From assembly GCA_022844545.1 (NCBI GenBank), contig JALHLN010000001.1, positions 1 through 45,283 of the forward strand: a stretch of DNA of 45,283 bases. Direction: 5' to 3'. The notes under the pieces are model-generated. The model searched no databases. It was not told the DNA's origin and saw only the letters and a program-made list of their open reading frames with translations. Made by a program: the position numbers and the translations under genes. Each line of letters starts with the position of its first letter. The stretch's first letter is position 1. Below are positions 1 to 11,298 of the stretch, one piece after another. The DNA comes from Burkholderiales bacterium (GTDB lineage: Bacteria > Pseudomonadota > Gammaproteobacteria > Burkholderiales > SG8-39).

Positions 1-470
1 GACAACCAGCCCAGCGGCGCCTTGCCGGAGGCCTTGCGGATGCGGTCGCGGCAGGAACGCAGGAGCTCCCGCTCCGCGTCCTCGTTCATGTCGCCCTGGC
101 GATCCGAATTGGTGTGGCCATGGCCGATCAGCTCGTCGCCGCGCTTGACGAAGGCCTCGATCACCTCGGGGCAGTAGTCGTAGAGCGCGGTGTTGATGAG
201 CGCGCCCACCGGCAGCTTCAGGTCCTCGAACAGCTCCAGGCAGCGCCAGACGCCGACGCGGTTGCCGTAGTCCCGCCAGGAGAAGTTGAGGACATCGGGT
301 TCGGGAGACTTCGGCCCCAGCGCGGCGCCCAGGCCGGCGCCGAACTCGAAATGCTCGATGTTGAAGCCGAGGTACACCGCGAGGCGCCGCCCGCCGTGCC
401 AGGCGTAGTCCGGCCGCCGCGTGATCGCGGAATAGTCGTAGCGGCCGTGGGACTTCAGAGGCCGTTGCAC
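1..470 (-). CDS. Polysaccharide deacetylase / PuuE-like (CE4-type) hydrolase, 3' end cut by the window edge
   Basis: It is absent from the ORF track because it has no stop codon inside the window. Reverse-strand translation from GTG (470..468) reads VQRPLKSHGRYDYSAITRRPDYAWHGGRRLAVYLGFNIEHFEFGAGLG...LIGHGHTNSDRQGDMNEDAERELL...GKAPLGWLS. An in-frame TAG at 503..501 bounds the N-terminus. The motif pattern is typical of the deacetylase/PuuE-like family. Confidence 0.6.
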   Translation of the reverse strand, partial: MQRPLKSHGRYDYSAITRRPDYAWHGGRRLAVYLGFNIEHFEFGAGLGAALGPKSPEPDVLNFSWRDYGNRVGVWRCLELFEDLKLPVGALINTALYDYCPEVIEAFVKRGDELIGHGHTNSDRQGDMNEDAERELLRSCRDRIRKASGKAPLGWL

Positions 471-500
471 GGTTTCGGGGCGTGCTCTGGAAAAAGCGAC

Positions 501-911
501 CTAGAAACGCGCGAAGCCGGCGCGCACCAGCAACCACTCGGCGCTGTCGTTCCAGACTTCCATCATCACGATCTTGCCGTTCCTGACCACATAGCGGTCC
601 ACGTAGCGGTTGTCCTCGAAGGGGGTGCCGTCCAGCCATTCGCCGTAGAGGTGCCCGGTCTGGTAGACAGTGGTCTCCGCAGGCGTCCCGCCGGCCACGA
701 CGTGGGTGGGGCCGAATTTCTTCTTCACCCACTTGTAGCGCGCCTTGTTGAAGGCGGTGGCCTCGGCCGGGTCGTGCATCAAGCGGTTGCCGGTAAAGCG
801 GATTTCCAGTTCCGGGGCGCAGAATCTCCGCGCCGAGTCCGGGTCCGGGATCATGTGCAGGCGGAGGTATTCCTCGACAATCGAGACTGGGTCCATCGGT
901 TCGCTTTTCAT
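501..911 (-). CDS. SnoaL-like / NTF2-fold small protein
   Basis: 136-aa ORF (MKSEPMDPVSIVEEYLRLHM...YVVRNGKIVMMEVWNDSAEW). Its size and C-terminal beta-sheet pattern are typical of SnoaL/ketosteroid-isomerase-like proteins. It lies 30 nt upstream of the deacetylase gene on the same strand. Confidence 0.55.
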   Translation of the reverse strand: MKSEPMDPVSIVEEYLRLHMIPDPDSARRFCAPELEIRFTGNRLMHDPAEATAFNKARYKWVKKKFGPTHVVAGGTPAETTVYQTGHLYGEWLDGTPFEDNRYVDRYVVRNGKIVMMEVWNDSAEWLLVRAGFARF

Positions 912-988
912 GTCCGAAAGCCTAGCATGGCATGGGTCCTGCTAAGCTAGTTCCAGTGTTCCCAGCCCGCATTCCAACGGAGGTTCGC

Positions 989-2173
989 ATGCTCGCCCGT
1001 CGCACGTTCATCGCCCTGGCCCTGGCCGCGGCGCTTCCCGCCGCACTTCCCGTTACTTCCGCCTACGCCCAGCAACCCATCAAGATCGGCCTGGTGACCG
1101 CGCTCTCGGGCCAGTCGGCCCGCGCCGGCGAGGCCATCACCCGCGGCCTGCAGGTCGCCATCGACGAGCTGAACGCCAAGGGCGGGGTCCTCGGCGGCCG
1201 CAAGTTTGAACTCGTGCGCCGCGACGACGAGGCGACGCCGGCCAAGGGCGTGATCGCCGCGCGGGAGCTTCTCTTCAAGGAAAAGGTGGCGGTGCTGTTC
1301 GGCGGCCTGGACACGCCGGTGTCGCTCGCCATCGTGCCGATCGTCAACGAGGCGAAGATGCCGTTCGTCGGCCCCTGGGCCGCGGGCACCGGCATCACCA
1401 AGAACGGCGCCAAGGAGAACTACGTGTTCCGCGTCTCCGCGGTGGACGAGATCGTCAACAAGGCGATGCTCGCCTACGCGCAGAAGACCTTCAATTCGAA
1501 GAACTGCGGCATGATCCTGGTCAACAACCCCTGGGGCGAATCCAACGAGAAGGGCCTCATGGCGGCGCTGGGCGCCAAGGGCCTCAAGCCCGCCGGGATC
1601 GAGAAGTTCGAGGGCAACGACGTCGACGTGGTGCCGCAGCTGACGCGCCTGAAGTCCGCCGGCGCGGATTGCCTGTTCCTGGTCGGCAACGTCGGCCCCT
1701 CGGCGCAGGTGGTGAAGTCGCTCGACCGCATGGGCTGGAAGCCGCCGGTGGTGTCGCACTGGGGCCCGGCGGGCGGCCGCTTCACCGAACTGGCCGGCCC
1801 GAGCGCGCCGATGGTGCACTTCGTGCAGACCTACAGCTTCTTCGGCAAGCAGACGCCGGTGGGCGAGAAGGTGTTGAAGGCCCTGATGGCGAAGTACCCC
1901 GACATCAAGGGCCCGGGCGACGTCACCCCGGCGGTGGGCGTGGCCAATGCCTACGACGGCATGATGCTCACGGCGCTGGCGATCCAGAACGCGGGCAAGC
2001 TCGACGGCCCGGCGATCCGCGAGGGCTACTACAGGATCGGCAGCCACGCCGGCCTGATCAAGAACTACGACAAGCCTTTCTCGGCCACGAACCACGACGC
2101 GGTGAACGAGAACGACTACGTCTGGACGCAGTTCATCGACCACCAGATCCTGCCGGTGGGGATGAAGAAGTAG
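989..2173 (+). CDS. ABC transporter periplasmic substrate-binding protein, Leu/Ile/Val-binding (LivK/Peripla_BP_6) family
   Basis: I trimmed the ORF-track entry 932..2173 to the ATG at 989 (MLARRTFIALALAAALPA...AYAQQPIKIGLVTALSG). That start has a GGAGG motif 6 nt upstream and a signal peptide. The sequence pattern is LivK-like. Confidence 0.85.
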   Translation: MLARRTFIALALAAALPAALPVTSAYAQQPIKIGLVTALSGQSARAGEAITRGLQVAIDELNAKGGVLGGRKFELVRRDDEATPAKGVIAARELLFKEKVAVLFGGLDTPVSLAIVPIVNEAKMPFVGPWAAGTGITKNGAKENYVFRVSAVDEIVNKAMLAYAQKTFNSKNCGMILVNNPWGESNEKGLMAALGAKGLKPAGIEKFEGNDVDVVPQLTRLKSAGADCLFLVGNVGPSAQVVKSLDRMGWKPPVVSHWGPAGGRFTELAGPSAPMVHFVQTYSFFGKQTPVGEKVLKALMAKYPDIKGPGDVTPAVGVANAYDGMMLTALAIQNAGKLDGPAIREGYYRIGSHAGLIKNYDKPFSATNHDAVNENDYVWTQFIDHQILPVGMKK

Positions 2174-2198
2174 CTCCGGTTTAGAATCCGGGCAGGAG

Positions 2199-2227
2199 AA
2201 CGGCCGCTCCGGCGGCCGTTTTCATTT
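2199..2227 (+). terminator. Hairpin plus T-tract between the binding-protein gene and the permease genes (partial terminator or attenuator)
   Basis: AACGGCCGC-tccg-GCGGCCGTT is a perfect 9-bp stem. It is followed by TTCATTT. Confidence 0.5.
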
Positions 2228-2243
2228 CCATGTCGAACCTTCC

Positions 2244-3112
2244 ATGCTGATCACGTCGGCACTCATCTCCGGCCTGGGCCTGGGCAGCATGTACGGGCTG
2301 CTGGCGCTGGGGTTCTACATCACCTACTCGGTGTCGAGCACGGTGAACTTCGCCCAGGGCAGCTCGATGATGCTGGGGGCGGTGCTCGCCTACACCTTCG
2401 CGGTGACGCTGGGCTGGCCGTTCCTGCCGGCGGCGCTGCTGGCGCTCGCGCTCTGCGCCGTCTACGGCATGCTGGTGGAGATCGTCGCGGTGCGGCCCTT
2501 CGCGCGCCGCGGCTCGAACGCCTGGCTGATGGCCACGGTGGCGCTGGGCATCATCGCCGACAACGTGGTGCTGTTCACCTTCGGCAAGGAGCCGCGCGGC
2601 TTCACCATGCCCTGGGCCACGGGCTCGTTCCAGCTCTTCGGCATCGGGGTGTCGCCGCTGCAGCTGGCGATCCCGGCACTGGGCCTGTCGCTGGCCGGCG
2701 CGCTGCACCTGTTCTCCCGGCGCACGCGCCTTGGCAAGGCGCTGCTCGCGGTGGTGCAGAACGCCGACGCCGCGCGGCTGATGGGCATCAACGTGCCGCT
2801 CGCCATCCTGCTCGCCTACGCCGCCTCGACGATGTTCGCCGGCGCGGCCGGGATCATGATCGCGCCCCTGTTCAACGTGCACTCGGACATGGGGACCCTC
2901 TTCGGCCTCAAGGCCTTCGCGGTCGCGATCCTGGGCGGCATCACCAGCGCCTGGGGGGTGATGATCGCGGGGCTGCTCTTCGGCATCACCGAGGCGCTCA
3001 TCACCGCGCTGCTGGGTTCGGCCTACACGCAGGTGCTCAGCTTCGCGCTGGTGATCGTGGTGCTCGCCTTCATGCCCAACGGCCTGTTCGGCCGCGCCGA
3101 GGTGAAGAAGGT

Positions 3113-3116
<4 letters not shown>
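2244..3116 (+). CDS. livH: Branched-chain amino acid ABC transporter permease (LivH family)
   Basis: 290-aa polytopic membrane ORF with typical LivH sequence (GLGLGSMYGLLALGFYITY...NFAQG). Its stop overlaps the next start in an ATGA arrangement. Confidence 0.85.
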
Positions 3117-5524
<2,408 letters not shown>

Positions 5525-5537
5525 TAAAGTTCGTCCT

Positions 5538-5801
5538 TTGAATTGCGTGGGATGGGAAGTGAAGACGACGATCAGATTGCCGGATGCCCTGGTTCGCGAG
5601 GCAAAACGCATTGCCGCGCGTGACGGCACGACTCTGCGGTCGCTCGTCGAACGCGGATTGAGGCGCGAGGTCGCGGAGCGAAAGCGCCGCGTCGGATTCC
5701 GTCTTCGCCGAGTCACGTTCCGGGGAAACGGCCTGAGGCCGGGCGTCACCTGCTCTTGGTACGGCGTCGCACCGCTTGCCTATGAGGGTCATGGCGGTTA
5801 A
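5538..5801 (+). CDS. VapB-like type II antitoxin (ribbon-helix-helix type) with no cognate toxin gene
   Basis: The ORF contains (V)KTTIRLPDALVREAKRIAARDGTTLRSLVERGLRREV...RGNGLRPGV...LAYEGHGG, a typical antitoxin N-terminal DNA-binding segment and C-terminal tail. The true start may be the GTG at 5559. Third-codon positions are visibly more A/T-rich than in neighbouring genes. Confidence 0.6.
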   Translation: MNCVGWEVKTTIRLPDALVREAKRIAARDGTTLRSLVERGLRREVAERKRRVGFRLRRVTFRGNGLRPGVTCSWYGVAPLAYEGHGG

Positions 5802-5876
5802 TCGCGGGTATTGCGAATCCACGCACCGGCGCGCTGACGCCACTTTCTGTTTGAGTCCTGATAGACCGCTGGCCGC

Positions 5877-8800
5877 GTGAACACGCGGCAGTGGCAGTTG
5901 TCGTTCGACCCTGCGCTGCCGGTCTGTGGCAAGCGCGCCGACATCGCGCGCGCGGTGGCGGAGCACCAGGTGGTCATCGTTTGCGGCGAGACCGGCTCGG
6001 GCAAGACCACCCAGATCCCCAAGATCCTGCTCGAGATGGGCAGGGGTGCCGAGAAGATGATCGGCCACACCCAACCCCGGAGGATCGCCGCGCGATCCGT
6101 GGCGGCGCGCATCGCCGAGGAACTGAAGGTGGAACTGGGCGGCCCGGTGGGCTTCAAGGTGCGCTTCCACGACCGGGTGGGAAAGAGCACTGTGGTAAAG
6201 CTCATGACCGACGGCATCCTGCTCGCGGAAACGCAGGGCGACCCGAAGCTCGCCGCCTACGACACCATCATCATCGACGAGGCGCACGAGCGCAGCCTGA
6301 ACATCGATTTCCTGCTGGGCTACCTGCGCCAGCTATTGCCGAAGCGGCCCGACCTCAAGGTTGTGGTCACCTCCGCCACCATCGATGCGGAAAAGTTTTC
6401 CGCGCATTTCAGCGGCGCGCCGGTGATCGAGGTCTCCGGTCGCCTGTATCCGGTGGAGGTGCGCTACCGCGAAGTCGAGGGCGACAAGGAGGACACCACG
6501 CGCGACGAAGAGGAGGACGCCCTCGCCGACGCGGTGGAGGAAGCCTGCCGCTCCGGTCCCGGCGACGTGCTTGTCTTCCTGCCCGGCGAGCGCGAGATCC
6601 GAGACGCCGCCGCGGCCATCGGCAAGAGGAAGCTCAGGGACACCGAGATCCTGCCGCTCTTCAGCCGCCTGTCGAACGCCGAGCAGGACCGGGTGTTCAA
6701 GCCCGGAGCGCTGCGCCGGATCGTGCTCGCCACCAACGTCGCCGAGACCTCGCTCACGGTGCCGCGCATCCGCTACGTGGTGGACACGGGCCTCGCGCGC
6801 GTCAAGCGCTACAGCTACCGCAACAAGGTGGAGCAGCTGCGGGTGGAGAACATCTCGCAGGCGGCCGCGAAGCAGCGCTCCGGGCGCTGCGGGCGCGTCT
6901 CCGACGGCATCTGCTTCCGGCTCTACGGCGAGGACGAGTACGCCCGCCGCCCGGCCTTCACCGACCCGGAGCTGCTGCGCTCGTCGCTGGCGGCGGTGAT
7001 CCTGCGCGCGCTCAGCCTGAACCTGGGCAAGGTGGAGGACTTCCCGTTCCTCGATCCGCCCAACCCGCGCGCGATCGCCGACGGCTACGCGCTGCTCGCG
7101 GAACTGGGCGCGGTGGACGAGGACAACGCGCTGACCGACATCGGCCGGGAGCTCGCGCGCCTGCCGCTGGATCCGCGCATCGGCCGCATGCTGGTGGCGG
7201 CGCGTGACGAGGGTTGCCTCGCGCAGATGGTGGTGATCGCCGCGGCGCTGTCGGTGCAGGACCCGCGCGACCGGCCCATGGACAAGGCGGCCGTCGCCGA
7301 CCAGCAGCACGCGAAGTTCGCCGACGAGCGCTCGGACTTCCTCGGATTCCTGAAGCTGTGGCACGCCTTCCCGGAGGGTCCCTCGCGCAAGCAGTCGCGG
7401 GAGCATTTCCTGTCCTACCCGCGCATGCGCGAGTGGCGCGACATCCATCGCCAGCTGGCGCAGTCCGTCGAGGAACTGGGCTGGAAACTATCAAGCGTGA
7501 ACCTGGAGAAGCCGGAGGCCTATCGGGCGATCCACCGCGCTCTGCTCGCAGGGCTGCTGGGCAACGTGGGGATGAAAGACGAGGCCGACAACAACTACAC
7601 CGGCGCGCGCGGCATCAAGTTCTGGGTGCATCCGGGATCCGGCACGAAGAAGCCCGGCAAGTGGATCCTCGCCGCCGAACTGGTCGAAACCACGCGCCTC
7701 TTCGCGCGCACCGTGGCCACCATCGACCCGAAATGGATCGAGGAGGTGGGTGCCCGGATCCTGAAGCGCCACGCCGAGCGCCCGCACTGGGAGAAGGCGC
7801 GCGCGCAGGTGGTGGCGATGGAGCGCGGCACGCTCTACGGCCTGCCGGTGTACACCGACCGGCGCGTGCACTACGGTCCGGTCGCCCCGGAGCTGTCGCG
7901 CAGCATCTTCCTGCGTTCTGCGCTCGTGGAGGGCGAGTACGACACCCGCGCGTCCTTCTTCGCGCACAACCAGCGTTTGGTGCGCGACATCGAGCGCCTG
8001 GAGCACAAGTCGCGCCGCCCGGACATCCTTGTGGACGACGAGTTGATCCTCGCCTTCTACGAGGCGCGGGTGCCCGAGGGCATCACCAACGGCGCTGACT
8101 TCGAGAAGTGGCTGAAGGAGGCCGGGCAGGCGAACCCCAGGCTGCTGCACCTCGCGCGCGAGGACCTGATGCGGCACGAGGCGGCCGGCATCACCACCGA
8201 CAATTTCCCGCACGAGTTCGCGGTCGGCCCGAACAGGCTCGCGCTGGAGTATCACTTCGAGCCGCGCTCGCCCAGGGACGGCGTCACGCTCACGGTGCCG
8301 GTGGCGCTGCTCAACCAGGTGCCGGCGGCGCGCTGCGAGTGGCTGGTGCCGGGGTTGCTCAAGGAAAAGGTCCAGGCCTATGCCAAGGCGATGCCGCAGC
8401 GCCTGCGGCACAAGCTGGGTCCGCTGGCCGGGTTCGCGCAGGACTTCGCCGCGGCGAATCCGCCGTCGGACACCACGCTCGCCTCCGCGCTCGCGCGCCA
8501 CATCCGCGCGCAGCTGGGGTTCGAGGTTCCGGCCGACGCCTTCCGGCCGGATTCGGCGCCGCCGCACCTGCACATGAACTTCCGCGTCGTGGACGAGCAC
8601 GGCCGGCAGCTGGGCATGGGCCGCGACCTCGCGGCGTTGAAGCGCGAGCTCGCGCCGCAGGCGGAGGCCGAGTTGCGCACCGAGGCCGCGGCCGACGACA
8701 GCGAGCGCCATACCGGCTGGACCATGGGCGAGCTGCAGGAGCTGATGGAGATCCGTCGCGGCGGCCAGGTCCTGGTCGGCTACCCGGCGCTGGTGGACGC

Positions 8801-9527
8801 CGGCGACGCGGTGACGCTGCAGTTGCTCGACTCGCCGGAGAAGGCGCGCGAAACGCACCGCGGCGGCGTGCTGCGCCTGTTGCGGATCGCGTTCCGCGAG
8901 CGCGTGCGCGAGCTGGAGAAGGCCCTGGCGAAGGATATGTCGCTGGCTGCGTTGAAGGATGACCTGGTCGCCGCGGCGCTCGAGCGCACTTTCCTCGCCG
9001 ACGGCCTGCCGATGCAGCCGCAGGACTTCGCCCGGCGCGTCGCCGAGGGCCGCAACCGCCTCAACCTGATCGCGCAGGAACTGCAGCGCCTTGCCGCGGC
9101 CATCCTCGCCGAGCGCGCGCAGATCGACAAGCGCATCGCCGCCGCGCAGAAGGGCTGGCCGCAGGCGGCCGAGGACGTGCGCCAGCAGGTGGCGCGTCTC
9201 ACCGCGCCGGGCTTCATCGCGCGCACGCCCTGGGAGCGGCTGCAGCACCTGCCGCGCTACCTGAAGGCGGCGGCGCTCAGGCTGGAGAAGCTGCGCGCGG
9301 ATCCGGCGCGGGACGCGACCCGGGCGCGCGAACTCGCGCCGCTGGAGGCGGCCTACCGCCGCGAACTGGCCTCGCAGGCGCGCCACGGCGCGTTGCCCGC
9401 GGAACTGGAGCAGTTCGGCTGGCTGCTGGAGGAACTGCGGGTTTCTCTGTTCGCGCAGGAACTGAAGACGCCGGTGCCGGTCTCACCCAAGCGCCTGGCC
9501 AAGCTGTGGCAGAGCCTGAAGAGGTAA
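5877..9527 (+). CDS. hrpA: ATP-dependent RNA helicase HrpA (DEAH-box)
   Basis: 1216-aa ORF with GETGSGKTTQ, DEAHER and the long HrpA-type C-terminal region. It starts at a GTG. An in-frame TAG at 5862..5864 excludes a longer N-terminus. Confidence 0.9.
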   Translation: MNTRQWQLSFDPALPVCGKRADIARAVAEHQVVIVCGETGSGKTTQIPKILLEMGRGAEKMIGHTQPRRIAARSVAARIAEELKVELGGPVGFKVRFHDRVGKSTVVKLMTDGILLAETQGDPKLAAYDTIIIDEAHERSLNIDFLLGYLRQLLPKRPDLKVVVTSATIDAEKFSAHFSGAPVIEVSGRLYPVEVRYREVEGDKEDTTRDEEEDALADAVEEACRSGPGDVLVFLPGEREIRDAAAAIGKRKLRDTEILPLFSRLSNAEQDRVFKPGALRRIVLATNVAETSLTVPRIRYVVDTGLARVKRYSYRNKVEQLRVENISQAAAKQRSGRCGRVSDGICFRLYGEDEYARRPAFTDPELLRSSLAAVILRALSLNLGKVEDFPFLDPPNPRAIADGYALLAELGAVDEDNALTDIGRELARLPLDPRIGRMLVAARDEGCLAQMVVIAAALSVQDPRDRPMDKAAVADQQHAKFADERSDFLGFLKLWHAFPEGPSRKQSREHFLSYPRMREWRDIHRQLAQSVEELGWKLSSVNLEKPEAYRAIHRALLAGLLGNVGMKDEADNNYTGARGIKFWVHPGSGTKKPGKWILAAELVETTRLFARTVATIDPKWIEEVGARILKRHAERPHWEKARAQVVAMERGTLYGLPVYTDRRVHYGPVAPELSRSIFLRSALVEGEYDTRASFFAHNQRLVRDIERLEHKSRRPDILVDDELILAFYEARVPEGITNGADFEKWLKEAGQANPRLLHLAREDLMRHEAAGITTDNFPHEFAVGPNRLALEYHFEPRSPRDGVTLTVPVALLNQVPAARCEWLVPGLLKEKVQAYAKAMPQRLRHKLGPLAGFAQDFAAANPPSDTTLASALARHIRAQLGFEVPADAFRPDSAPPHLHMNFRVVDEHGRQLGMGRDLAALKRELAPQAEAELRTEAAADDSERHTGWTMGELQELMEIRRGGQVLVGYPALVDAGDAVTLQLLDSPEKARETHRGGVLRLLRIAFRERVRELEKALAKDMSLAALKDDLVAAALERTFLADGLPMQPQDFARRVAEGRNRLNLIAQELQRLAAAILAERAQIDKRIAAAQKGWPQAAEDVRQQVARLTAPGFIARTPWERLQHLPRYLKAAALRLEKLRADPARDATRARELAPLEAAYRRELASQARHGALPAELEQFGWLLEELRVSLFAQELKTPVPVSPKRLAKLWQSLKR

Positions 9528-9547
9528 GCTGTAGTCCAAACATATCC

Positions 9548-10288
9548 ATGACCCGCTCCCTGATGTACGCCCTGATGAACGCGTTCCACCCGCGCATGCT
9601 GTGGCTGATGGTGTGGCCGATGCTGGTGTCGCTGGTGGTCTGGGGCACGGTGGCGCTCGTGTTCTGGATGCGCGCGGCGCTGTGGATCGCGGAGCATCTG
9701 CGCGGCTGGATCGAGTCCTCGTTCCTGGCGGTGACCCTGAGCTACGCGGATGCGGCGACTTTCATCGCCCACGCGCTGCTGGTGCTGTTCTTCGTCCCGG
9801 TGGTGGTGCTGACCGCGCTGTTGATCCTGGGGGTCTTCGGCATGCCGGCGATGGTGGAGCACGTCGCGGCGCGGAGCTTCCCGGGATTGGCGCGGCGCCA
9901 GGGAGGGAGCGTGGCGGGCGGCGTCTGGAACAGCGTGCTTTCACTGCTCGGGATGGTCGCGCTGGGCGTGGCGTCGGTGCCGCTGTGGCTGCTGCCGCCG
10001 CTGTGGCCGCTGATCCCGGTGGCGATCCTGGCCTGGGTCAACCAGCAGGTGCTGCGCTACGACGCCGTGGCCGAGCACGCCGACGCGGAGGAAATGCGCG
10101 CCCTGTTCCGCGCCAACCGCGGCGCGCTCTACGGCCTGGGCTTCGCGCTGGCGCTGCTCGCCTACGTGCCGGTGGTGGGGCTGTTCGCCCCGGTGATCGT
10201 CGGCCTCGCCTTCATCCACTACCTGCTGGCGAAGCTGGAGGCGCTGCGCACCGCGCCCATCGAGGGCAAGGCGACCCTGGTCTCCTGA
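9548..10288 (+). CDS. EI24 / CysZ-like integral membrane protein
   Basis: I trimmed ORF 9506..10288 to the ATG at 9548 so that it does not overlap hrpA. It is a multi-pass membrane protein (MTRSLMYALMNAFHPRMLWLMVWPMLVS...) with an EI24-family-like layout. Confidence 0.55.
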   Translation: MTRSLMYALMNAFHPRMLWLMVWPMLVSLVVWGTVALVFWMRAALWIAEHLRGWIESSFLAVTLSYADAATFIAHALLVLFFVPVVVLTALLILGVFGMPAMVEHVAARSFPGLARRQGGSVAGGVWNSVLSLLGMVALGVASVPLWLLPPLWPLIPVAILAWVNQQVLRYDAVAEHADAEEMRALFRANRGALYGLGFALALLAYVPVVGLFAPVIVGLAFIHYLLAKLEALRTAPIEGKATLVS

Positions 10289-11194
10289 TCACGCCTGCAG
10301 GCGCGTGACCGGCAGCTCGAGGCCGCGCACCGCCTCGGAGAGCTTCGCCAGCGCGCCCGAACGGTGGAAGCCGTGGCGCGAGGCGAGGACGACGCGCCGC
10401 GACGGCTGCGGATGGGTGAACGGCACCGCCTTCACCAGCGCGCTGCCGTGGCGCGCGGTAAGCGCGGTGGCCGGGAGCACGGTCACGCCCAGGCCCGAGG
10501 CCACCATGCTGCGCAGGGTCTCCAGCGAATTGCCCTGGCGGCCCGGCTCCGGCGGCCGCGAGAACTCGGTACAGGCATCGAGCACCTGGTCGCGGAAGCA
10601 GTGGCCTACCGGAAGGAGCAGCAGCTCGCCCGCGTCCAGGTCCTCGACCGCGACGGACTTGCGCTTGGCCAGCGCGTGCTTCGCCGGCACCACCACCTCG
10701 AAGTTCTCCTCGTAGAGCGGCAGCACGTCCACGCCGGGCGCCTCGTAGGGCAGGGCGAGGATCACCGCGTCCAGTTCCCCGGCGCGCAGCATCCGGTCCA
10801 GCGTCGCGGTGATGTTCTCCTCCACGTCCAGCGGCATCTCCGGCGCGAGGCGCCGCAGTGCGGCCACGAGACCAGGCAACAGGTAGGGGGCGATGGTGTG
10901 GATGATGCCCAGGCGCAGGATGCCCTTCAGGGGGTCCCGGCCCTGGCGCGCCACCAGCTTGACGCGCTCGGCCTCCGCCAGCGCGCGGCGCGCCTGTTCG
11001 ACGATGCGCTCGCCCACCTCGGTGAGGAACACGCCGCGCTTGCCGCGCTCGAACAGGGTCACGCCCAGTTCCTCCTCGAGGTTCTTCACCGAGGCGGAGA
11101 GGCTGGGCTGGGAGACGAAGGAGCGCTCGGCGGCGCGGCCGAAGTGGCGTTCCTCGGCGACCGCGACGATGTACTTGAGCTCGGTCAAGGTCAT
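10289..11194 (-). CDS. oxyR: LysR-family hydrogen-peroxide sensor and regulator OxyR
   Basis: MTLTELKYIVAVAEERHFGRAAERSFVSQPSLS is the helix-turn-helix segment. GHCFRDQVLDAC carries two Cys residues 9 positions apart, as in E. coli C199/C208. The gene is divergent from a peroxiredoxin gene. Confidence 0.85.
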   Translation of the reverse strand: MTLTELKYIVAVAEERHFGRAAERSFVSQPSLSASVKNLEEELGVTLFERGKRGVFLTEVGERIVEQARRALAEAERVKLVARQGRDPLKGILRLGIIHTIAPYLLPGLVAALRRLAPEMPLDVEENITATLDRMLRAGELDAVILALPYEAPGVDVLPLYEENFEVVVPAKHALAKRKSVAVEDLDAGELLLLPVGHCFRDQVLDACTEFSRPPEPGRQGNSLETLRSMVASGLGVTVLPATALTARHGSALVKAVPFTHPQPSRRVVLASRHGFHRSGALAKLSEAVRGLELPVTRLQA

Positions 11195-11229
11195 AGGCTG
11201 TGACTATACCATGGATGGCGACAAAGTAT
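11193..11229. promoter_or_regulatory. OxyR binding site (four tetranucleotide elements at 7-nt spacing)
   Basis: ATAG-gctgtga-CTAT-accatgg-ATGG-cgacaaa-GTAT compared with the consensus ATAG-N7-CTAT-N7-ATAG-N7-CTAT. It lies in the oxyR/prx divergent intergenic region and overlaps the oxyR start codon. Confidence 0.7.
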
Positions 11230-11298
11230 TGGCCTGCAGTGATGTACTTCCCCCATCATGCGTCATCGATCGTTTTGCTCAATCTAAGGAGTCTTACC

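Noticed and set aside
10286-10291. The EI24-like and oxyR genes end on the abutting stop codons TGA|TCA (the palindrome TGATCA), with no intergenic DNA. A similar CTAG stop overlap joins dut and fccB at 29322..29325.
   Set aside because: These are real observations, but compact convergent ends are common in dense genomes. No further structure (hairpin or repeat) is associated with either.
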